Source: Vicugna vicugna
Lineage: Eukaryota
Assembly: GCA_013265495.1 (NCBI GenBank)
Contig: MU058540.1
Location: 2,753,696 to 2,817,695, forward strand
Direction: 5' to 3'
DNA length: 64,000 nucleotides
How positions within the stretch are numbered: the first letter of the stretch is position 1; every line of letters begins with the position of its first letter. Below, piece after piece: positions 50,800-59,643 of the stretch. A program made the position numbers and the translations under genes. Under the pieces are notes generated by a model. That model had not been told where the DNA came from. It saw nothing but the letters and a program-made list of their open reading frames with translations, and searched no databases.

Positions 50800-51010
50800 G
50801 CAAGTAGAAACAGGCTGGGTCAGCTGAAAATGCCTACATGCTCCTGCCTTGGGTCTCCTGGTGATATAATTAGCTGGTTTTATCCAGTGGTGAGTGGGCG
50901 GCTTGCTCCCCTGGCACCCGGCAAGGCCAGAGGGTGATGCAACAAAAGGCAAGCCCGGGCAAGGCCGAGCCTGAGCTTTGCCGGCCAAAGATGCTGATGC
51001 GATACACTGG
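50800..51010 (-). ncRNA. TP53COR1: Probable ortholog of the lincRNA-p21 (TP53COR1) 5' region; boundaries approximate, transcript unproven
   Basis: The minus strand reads GGCCTTGCCCGGGCTTGCCTTTTGTTGCATCA, matching my recollection of the human lincRNA-p21 5' exon; position is about 8.6 kb upstream of and antisense to CDKN1A. Confidence 0.55.
50935..50966. promoter_or_regulatory. Distal p53 response element with adjacent C/EBP-ATF composite site (CDKN1A enhancer / lincRNA-p21 promoter)
   Basis: AGGCAAGCCC|GGGCAAGGCC (50947-50966) matches RRRCWWGYYY x2 at 19/20 with no spacer; TGATGCAAC at 50935-50943. Confidence 0.85.
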
Positions 51011-52018
51011 GGCCGGGAAGGGGAGGGGAGTGGGAGGAGTGGTTCAGAGCTGCAGGGGTGTGAGGGACCCGACTGCCCAGGAGAGATGACTGCCCAGGAG
51101 AGACGCTGGCCTTCTGCTCACTTAGCCTTGAGCTCCCACCCCACCTGCCCCAAATCCCTGCTCCGTCCTCTCTTTCCCCATCTCCTCTTGGTGACAGAAT
51201 ATATTCCTAGTTCTCTCATTCTCACCAGAATAGGAGGGTCTGCTGAGAACATCTAGAGGTGAGAAAGGGGGCCCTGCACATGGGTAGACTAAATCAGGGT
51301 TCCTTCCCAAAGCTGTGAGGCTGGAGGCGGGGGAGGTTTCAGTCACTGGGGAGATTTTTCAAAACACCTGCATACTTTTGTAGCTAGTTGACCCTCACAC
51401 AATTTTAATTCAGTCTAGATAGGGCCAGAAATTGTAACATGTTTTTAATTGTGTTAATTATCTTAAATGGATTAACTATTAAAAATATATTCAGGAATAA
51501 GCCTACCTTTCACCCCACGTACTACATAACACAACTCCAGGGGTGCTGTCCCCATACACTTGCATGGTGCTAATGGTGGCCGTGAAGGAGGCGACTCTCC
51601 CCAGAGGTAACCACTATCATTATTTTTTGTGTCTTCTTCCAGAGAGAGTCCGTGTGCTTGTAGGACCTGAACGTTTTTCAAAATGTTTCTTTCCTCCCAC
51701 TCCCTATGCTGAGAATCCTTGAGCTGGAAGGAGGAAGGTCTAGTGGAAGAGCTCAGGCATCTGCAAAGGGATAAAGAGGATTGGGCCTTCCCTGAAGTCT
51801 CACCCCCACCAATCCCCTCCCCCAACGAGGTCCAGGTTAGGTCCCACACACCCCCATCAAGAACCTGTCAGTGTCTCTATAGCTGCATTTCAGACAATAA
51901 AAGAACTTTTCTTAGTAACCTCCTAGGCCCCCAGGAGGTTTTCAGATGAGTTTGCTGAGTAGGGAATTTTCCTGCATTTCAGTCCAGGGACTTCTCAGCA
52001 GACTTTGATGTTGACTAG

Positions 52019-52048
52019 TCAAAACAAAACAAAACAAAACAAAACAAA
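52019..52048. repeat. (CAAAA)n microsatellite
   Basis: Read directly from the sequence. Confidence 0.9.
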
Positions 52049-52359
52049 CCTGTGTACCAGAAGGGGGAAATTGGGTCCTGCTGTGTGACTTTAGACAAGT
52101 CATACTGTCTCTTTGTGTCCTAGTTTCCTCCTCTGGGAACTGGGGAGCTTCATGTCTACTTTGTTTTTTTTTTCAACTTCTCAGGGAGGTTGTAAAATCA
52201 TGGATATGAAAGTCTTTGTCTTATAGATGAAGATATTGAGGTCCAAGGTCATGCAGCGCAGAGGTGGCACTGTTCTTGTGGCCAGGTCCAGAAACTCAGC
52301 AGGAAGAAAACCTTGTGGGAGCCTGGAAAGGATGGGGTTCTTAGCTGCCTAGCTCTTCT

Positions 52360-52760
52360 GCTGTAGCAGAGGTGGCCAGCACGTCATCACAAATCTGTGT
52401 CCTATCCAGGGATTACACAGACCCTTGCATCTAAGTGGGACCACATGACAAGTTCTCACCAATGGAATATGGGTGGGAAATGATGTGTGTCACTTCTGAA
52501 CCAGGCATGAAGAAATACATATACCTTCTTCATATTCTTTCTCCTTCCTTCAGCTGAAAGCAGAGATCCTGATGCCCTAGGGGATGTTGGAGCCAGAGGA
52601 TGGAAAGAGCCTGAGTCCCTGAATCATCACATGGAGGTCAACCATGTTCTTGCCAACAAGAACACCTCAATTGTATTCATATGTGAGAAATAAACTTCTT
52701 TTTGGTTGTCATCAGAATTTGAGAGTTTATTTATTACAATGGTTAGTGTCATCCTAACCC
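52360..52760 (+). mobile_element. MaLR LTR (MLT1I/J-like)
   Basis: ttctcaccaatggaatatgggtgg...gatggaaagagcctgagtccctgaatc...atgtgagaaataaactt. Confidence 0.7.
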
Positions 52761-54391
52761 ACACCCCCACTTTTCTTCCTAAATCCAGCACTGAGCTGCT
52801 TGCCGGTACCCAAGAGGAGACATCGGCAATCAATCCTCACAGCAGGTGCAGGATTATTAGAAACCACTGAGGGTGGGGGAGAGGGAGGCATCATCTCCCC
52901 CAGCTCTGAACTTGGGGCCACCAGTATTTGGGGATTGGGGTTGCAGCTGTTGCATTCCACAGTGGCTCTGGTGGCATTTTGACCATGTGTGACACAGCAT
53001 CATCCTAGGGAAGCAAAGATGAGGACAAACAGCTGATAGGAGGGGGAGCAGAGAAGGTGAGGCCACAGCCAGAGCCCTGGGTCTGCCCTGACTCTTTGCC
53101 TGTGTCATCTCAGCCAAAGCCAGTACCTCCTGGGGCCTCCGTTTCCCCATTTATAATATGGATCTAAAACACCTGTCCTAGATGGAGAGGCAGAATGGGA
53201 GGGGGGGATGGTGAGGAGTGAGATAATAGACACGAGATCCTGAAATTACTTTGTAAGACTCCACACTGCTATGTGGTCAGAGCATCCAAACTCGAGACCC
53301 TGAGAACTTTGATGTATGCTAGAGCTTTTTGTTGGGAGGGGCTTAAAAATAATTTGTTAGGAAGGAAAAAATGAAAGAATGCATAATTCCTATTTTGGGG
53401 GATCATTCAGAAGGCTGTTCTGAGCTAAAGGACCTGTGGAGAGGGATGTCTTGGGGATTTTAAGGCCAGCTCAGAGGACTGTGTCTGTGGGCAGTTCCCC
53501 TTGCCACCAAATATCTGTTCTTAGGTGTTCAGTGTCTGAAATTCCACCATTAGTGCTTCATTCCTTTGGATCCATTTTAATTCCTCCACAAAAAATGAAA
53601 GCAATGATAATCCTAAACATGTGCAGACTTGTTTTAATAATCCAGAAAGATACAGACAGGCCCAAACACCAGGTGCGAGTGCTTCATCAGTCACTTTTCT
53701 CCTGACAGGAAGACTGGGGGCAATTCTACTCCAAAGTGTATATTCAAGAGAAACCACTGCACATGTGCCCAAAGACATGGATAAAAATAATCATAACAGC
53801 CCCATGCATAATAACACAGACTGGAAATAACTCAAGTGTCCATTGACAGGAGAAGGGAATCACTGGATGTTAAATAATGCTAATGATTGAGCCCTGTTTT
53901 AACTATGCATTGCTGCATAACAAACCATGTTAAAACATAGTGGCAAACACGATCATTTATCTACTCACAATTCTACAGTTTTGGCAGGGGCTCGTTAGGG
54001 ATGGCTTGTCTCTGCTTCATGTGGCTTTAACTCAGGAGGCTGAAATTAGGATGAAAGATCAGCTTTTAAGATGGTCCCATTCACGTGGCTGGCATGTTGA
54101 TGCTGACTGTCTGCTAGATCAGCTGGAGCTATTGTTGGGGGGGAGGGTAGCCTCCATTATCTTGCATGTGGCCTCTCCATATGACTTCTCAATCATAGTT
54201 GTCTCAGAGTAATCAAACTTCTTTTTCTTCTTCTTTTTTTCTCCCTGACTTTTCAGTTTGGTTTATTTATCTTTTCACAGGAGATTGTTACCCACACCCT
54301 TCCTCCCAATTATAATAGTTTTATTAAAATAAAGGCTTACCTTTGTAGCAAATCTTTACTTTATGGATTGGCACAAATGAACTCAGATAGC

Positions 54392-54570
54392 GGGGGAGGG
54401 TACAGCTCAGTCGTAGAGTGTGTGCTTCACATGCATGAGGTCCTGGGTTCAATACCCAGTACCTCCATTAAAAATAAATAAATGAGTGAACGAATGAATG
54501 AATAAGCTTGATTCCCTCCCCCCCAAAATAAAAAAAAAGTAAAGAAAAACATTTTTTCAATTAAAAAAAA
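54392..54570 (+). mobile_element. Second tRNA-derived camelid-type SINE
   Basis: GGGGGAGGGTACAGCTCAGTCGTAGAG...GGTCCTGGGTTCAATACCCAGTACCTCC plus A-rich tail; same family as 31124-31290. Confidence 0.85.
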
Positions 54571-57263
54571 GAACTTGAATAAGTTACCCTGTATAGCAAC
54601 ATCCTGGTTTATACTAATTAGTGGAAAATCGACCAAATTTGTTAGGATTCTGGAAGCAGAAGACACACATAGCAGGATCTGGAGGCTTTGCTGTTAGAAA
54701 AAATAATGCTCTGGATAGAAAAATAGAGCCCTCAGAACAAAGAGAAAGAAGAAAAACACTTTGTAGCAATAATGACGAAATGAATAAAGACCAAAATGTG
54801 CTCCCAAAGCAGAGGGACCGAAGGCATTCTCTGGGTGGCATCTGTGTACAGAATGAGGCTATGCTGGTGGATAAAAGAGCCACGGTGAAGTTGGAAATGG
54901 CTTTAGTTTAACTGTGCATAGTCCAGGCCACATGATTTTTGCGCAAGGCCATTCTTTCATTAGCTCTTCTGCCCACCTGGGCAATGGACTTCACACATAC
55001 TCTTATCACCTGGGCAAAGTTTAGACGGCCCAGGGTAGAAATGGCAAATAATTAAAATGAAAACACGATCTGTGGGTTCTCTGGAACGGCCCTCCCCCAC
55101 TCCCTGGCTTTCCTATAGTCCCTCCCAAGTCCCTGCTGCCCCAGCACTGGGTTCTCCCTCCCACTGCCTCCTTCTAGACCCATTGCTTGCCCATCAAACT
55201 TCTCACATGGTATCTCAAGATCCCCAAGAATGCAGAAGCAGAAGTTGTTAGACCTTCTTATGGCTTAAGCCTGGAACAGGCACAGGGTTACTTCTGTACC
55301 ATTATATTAGCTAAAGGAGTCATAAGCCAGACAGATTCAAGGGGAGGCAACTATAAAAGAGTGTGAATACTCAGAGGTGGATTCATTGGGTGCTGCAGAC
55401 TTCCACAAACCACAAGCACCCACTGCCATATGGGTAAATCTTAAGTAGGTTATACTGCAGGAATAAATAAGCTTCACATTTCAGTGACTTCACACAACAA
55501 AGGATTGTTTCTTTCTCACAAACATATCTTATGCAAGTTGGTGGGGTGCTTGGCTCCACAGTCACTCAGGAACCCAGGCTGCTGGAGGCTCTGCCATATT
55601 GAGGTGGCACCGTTTGGGACATGAGACCTCACTATTGTCACACTCATGGAGGACAGAAAGGATGGGAAATTTCACTTGACCTCAACTCTAAAGAGACAAG
55701 TGTTACTTATGTTCACATTTCAGTGGCTAGAACTAGTCACATGACCCTGTCTAAACTGCAGGGAGAGGCTGAGAAATGTAGAAAAGCACACAGAAAAATG
55801 AAAGACTATTATTGTCTTGATCACATGTAATAAAACTATTGAAAACAAAGGAAAGTCCACCATAAAATTCAGGATGGTATTTACTTTGGGGTAGGGGGAG
55901 AAGGCACCAGCATAGGAGAGGAACTCACAGGAAGGTATCAGTGATTTGTTATGCCCTAGTTCTTGGTTGAGCACTAAGTGTTAATTATATTATTTTTTAA
56001 TGAATAAATGAGTAAACAGATGAATGAATAAGTAAAAGAGAAGGCTCAGAAGCAGCAGCACTGAAGTCTAACCTCAGAGTGCAGGCCAAAAATGGCCCTT
56101 CCATTAATATTTACTGAGCTTTGGCTGAGGCTGCTAGGCCTTGAAGGTACAAAGATGAATAAAATATGGGATTATCCCCTCTAGGTTTCCAGCTCAGGGG
56201 ATGCAGTAGGAACATACACCAAACAAGCCAGCAAAGTAGAGTTGAGTAGATTGCTTACCAGGAGCTCTGGGGGCCAGAGAGGGCCCTGAGAAAGCGTTAT
56301 CCTCAGGGGTCATATAGGTTGGGTTATGGAGGATCAGTAGGAGTTCAACAGGTGGAGACAAGAGTAGAGATGGGGCAGATTGGTCAGAAACACTCAGGAA
56401 GAGGGAATAATATGTGCAAAGTCACAGAGAGTCCGTCACTCCTCAAGTGGCCTGTGATTACAGCAATTTTTCACCACTTTCTTGTCTCTAAATGATCTGA
56501 TCAACTCATTCACACTGTGTTGTATCACCCAGAACCCTCTGCAGGACTCAGGCACTCATTTGCCCCACTGATTTCTATGTGCCAGGCAGTATGCTAAGCA
56601 TTTTACCTGTATGATCTTATTTAATGAAGAACAAAACTTAGTGCCAAAGGAATGAATTTCTAATGGTGAAATTTTAGGCTTTGGCAAGGTGAAATTTCTA
56701 ACTTAGGGAGGCTGGAAGTGTTTGTGTGGCACATATAGGTCACAAATTTCTCTAGTTCACTGTATGGTCAGTCCTGAAATTTAGACTGGCTGGGTAAAGC
56801 TCCCAGAAGTTTAGGGGGCGGTATGTGCAGGGAGATCCCAATCTCATTCTTCCATTAAAAAAAAAAAAGCAGGTGGGACTTCTGGTCAATAATACAATGT
56901 CTCTGTTCTGCCTCTTCTCTGGGGTCTCACTTCTTGGGAGCCTGTGTGGAGGTGAATTCTGAAAGCTGACTGAGCCTGTTAGGGACTCCCCAGACCTTTT
57001 CTGAGAAATGGTGACATTGTTCCCAGCACTTCCTCTCCCTTCCCAGGCAGCTCCTGTAGCCACCACTGAGAATTCTTCACATCCTCCTTTTTCAAGCTAG
57101 GGCTTTCCACCTTTCCTTTCCATCATCACCTCCCTCCTACGTGGGGTCTGGTCTGGATCCTCTGTCCCCTAGGCTGAGTCTCACTACCTCTCTAAGCCGC
57201 CTGCTTCCTGGGGAGCATGCCTGGGCAGCCAGCTGTGGTCCTGACTAGTACTCAGACCCTCAG

Positions 57264-57283
57264 GAACATGTCCTAACATGTTG
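57264..57283. promoter_or_regulatory. CDKN1A: CDKN1A distal (5') p53 response element
   Basis: GAACATGTCCTAACATGTTG, one base from the canonical human GAACATGTCCCAACATGTTG, about 2.3 kb upstream of exon 1. An extra perfect half-site GAGCATGCCT lies at 57213-57222. Confidence 0.95.
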
Positions 57284-57908
57284 AGCCCTGGCATAGAAGA
57301 AGCTGGTGGCTGTTTTGTCTTTGGGGCTGCCTGTTTTCAGGAAAGAGGGGGTGGGAGGAGCAGGAGGTCCCCAGAAACCCCAAGGAGACCTTGGTCTGAG
57401 AATTTGCAGTTTGCAGCAGATCCCTTCAGATTGGCCTGGGATCTATTGTGTGCACGTGTGTGTATGTGTGTGTCAGATCTTGCTAGTGACTTCTAACAAT
57501 CTGTTTCTTTGCCTCTTCAGGGCAGAATCCCTCCTTTAAGATTATATCTACACATTCAAGTGTATGGTTGGAAATTTTTTTTGAAACTTTTTTAAAGTAT
57601 TGAACAGTACTAGACACTTAATAAGTGCTTAACTGTATTTGTTGAATTCTGTTGTGATAGTGCTGAGGTAAAAGGCATAACAATATTTACTTCCCAAAAA
57701 CAACAACAAAAAGAATTATTTCATGGTGAAGTTCAGTACCACAAAACTTTAAATAATTCAATAGAAGCCTTCATTAAAAATTTTTCCCCCAAAGTAAACA
57801 CTCGGACAATATCAAGTCTATTTGAAATGCCTGAAAGACAAGGGGTTTCGAATCAGTAGGAGGATATGCCCATTTTCTGTCGGACATTTGACAACTGAGC
57901 CTTTGGGT

Positions 57909-57909
<1 letters not shown>

Positions 57910-57963
<54 letters not shown>

Positions 57964-57968
57964 TGTGT
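57910..57968. repeat. (GT)n microsatellite in the CDKN1A promoter
   Basis: Read directly from the sequence. Confidence 0.97.
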
Positions 57969-58168
57969 TGGAGCTGGGGAGGAGGGGGCTGGTTCTGGGA
58001 TCTTGGCCTTTTTGAGGTCCTTCTGAAGTCCAGCTATAATCCCGGCCTAACTTCAATATTAGGTAGGCAAGAGGGTCTGGTAATGGGCCCTCCCACCCCT
58101 ACCCAGGCTCCCATCCCAGCAGGAGAGGAGAAGAAGGCCTGTCCTCCCTGAGGTCAGCTGCGTTAGAG

Positions 58169-58188
58169 GAAGAAGACTGGGCATGTCT
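58169..58188. promoter_or_regulatory. CDKN1A: CDKN1A proximal (3') p53 response element
   Basis: GAAGAAGACTGGGCATGTCT, identical to the canonical human element, about 1.4 kb upstream of exon 1. Confidence 0.95.
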
Positions 58189-59254
58189 GGGCAGAGACTT
58201 CCAGACACTGAACAGCCCTAGATGTCAGTAACTGTAGCTGCTCCAAGCCTGGATTCTACTTTCTAGTGGGATTTCTGTTCAGATTAACACTCTGTTCTCT
58301 GCAATTTTTTTTAAAGTAGAAACTGCAGCTGTTTTAGGTGAAGGAAGGAAGCAAAGGTGGGATGCAAGGGAAGCTAGGGGTGTGGAGGTGGGTGGGAGCA
58401 GAGGGGCACCTCACTCACTTTTTTGTTTCTATCAGAAGCGCTGGTGGACATTTCCAGAATTACCCTTTATCAATGTCACCTCAGTATACTGCCTGGAAAT
58501 GAGGGGTGCTGGGTGCTTCCCTCATTCTAGAGCCACTGAAACAGAGAGGGTAACAAGCTGAGAGCTCTGGGTGAGAGGCAAAAGGCCTGTTACACCATTG
58601 CCACTTATTTGCTGTGCTACCTGAGTCAGACCGCTGAACTGAGCCTCAGTTTCCCCAGCAGTGTATGTGGGCTGTGTGGGGACTACCCAGTACATGACTC
58701 ATCCCTTCCTAGCCATCAAATCTGCTGCTATCACAGAGCTTTCTCCTGCTGAGGTGAGAGGGAGGTGGGCATAGGGAGTGAGGAGGAGGGGGTGGGGAGG
58801 TTAGTTCAGTGTCTAATTTCCCCTGGAGACCAGACTGGCCCTTTCTTAGCAGTGTCCCAAATTCCCTCCTTCCCTGGGGCATTTGACGAATAACTTCATC
58901 CCTTTAGTTCTGTGGGCCTCGGTTTCTTCATCTGTGAAATAAAGGGAATTGAACCCTGTCTGGCCTCCGGGAATGCTTTGTTGGGTGTCTGGGCGCCTCA
59001 GGTGATGAGGTGTAGGGAGAGATCCGTGGGACCGTGGGCACAGTGGTGGTATCGTGAGGCTTTTCTGGGAATTGCATAGTGAGATGTATCTTTTTTTTAT
59101 TTAAGGATTTTAATTTATTAATGTCACTTTTCGTGGTCTATTCAGTTGCTTTGGATAAATCTTTGCCCAGAATCAGTCGGTAGTGGGCAAGAGGGGGGCT
59201 CATCTTAAGATCCTGTCCCCTCTGGGGAAGTGCCAACTCACTCCCCAACTAAAA

Positions 59255-59261
59255 AACAACG

Positions 59262-59295
<34 letters not shown>

Positions 59296-59300
59296 ACAAC
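59255..59300. repeat. (AAC)n microsatellite about 300 bp upstream of CDKN1A exon 1
   Basis: Read directly from the sequence. Confidence 0.95.
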
Positions 59301-59454
59301 TAGATTTGGGGCTCAATTCGTGGGGAAATGTATTAAGCGCACAATCCCTGGTACAGGGGGTGTGGGGAGGACGGAAGCGCCCTCCAGTAGCACTGGGAGG
59401 TTAGCATTTGAGCTCGGAAGATCTATAGAGCTGCCGGGAACAGAGGGGACTATG

Positions 59455-59575
59455 TCCCGCGGGAGGCCGTCCCGGGCGGGCGCGTTGAGGGCGGAGCGGC
59501 TGGTCCCGCCTCCTGAAACCGAATCCTTTTATACCGGCAGCGCCGGGCGGCGCCAGCTGAGGTGTAAGCAGCTGC
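59455..59575 (+). promoter_or_regulatory. CDKN1A: CDKN1A core promoter
   Basis: GC boxes GGGCGG (about 59474 and 59489) and CCCGCCTCC 59505-59513, TATA-like TTTATA 59528-59533, E-boxes CAGCTG 59554-59559 and 59569-59574. Confidence 0.85.
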
Positions 59576-59643
59576 CGAAGTACGTAGTTCAGAGACTCCG
59601 AGCTGGGCGCGGATTCACGGAGAAGCCGAGACCCTCAGAGGAG
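59560..59643 (+). other. CDKN1A: CDKN1A non-coding exon 1 (start approximate); coding exons lie beyond the window
   Basis: CAGCTGAGGTGT...GCTGCCGAAGT...GAGCTGGGCGCGGATTC...CTCAGAGGAG|GTGAGG resembles p21 exon 1; supported by synteny with SRSF3 and both p53 elements. Confidence 0.88.

Noticed and set aside
53000..56500. PANDAR or LAP3 processed-pseudogene ortholog expected upstream of human CDKN1A
   Set aside because: No aminopeptidase-like coding remnant is visible; the interval is MaLR, L1 and SINE debris.
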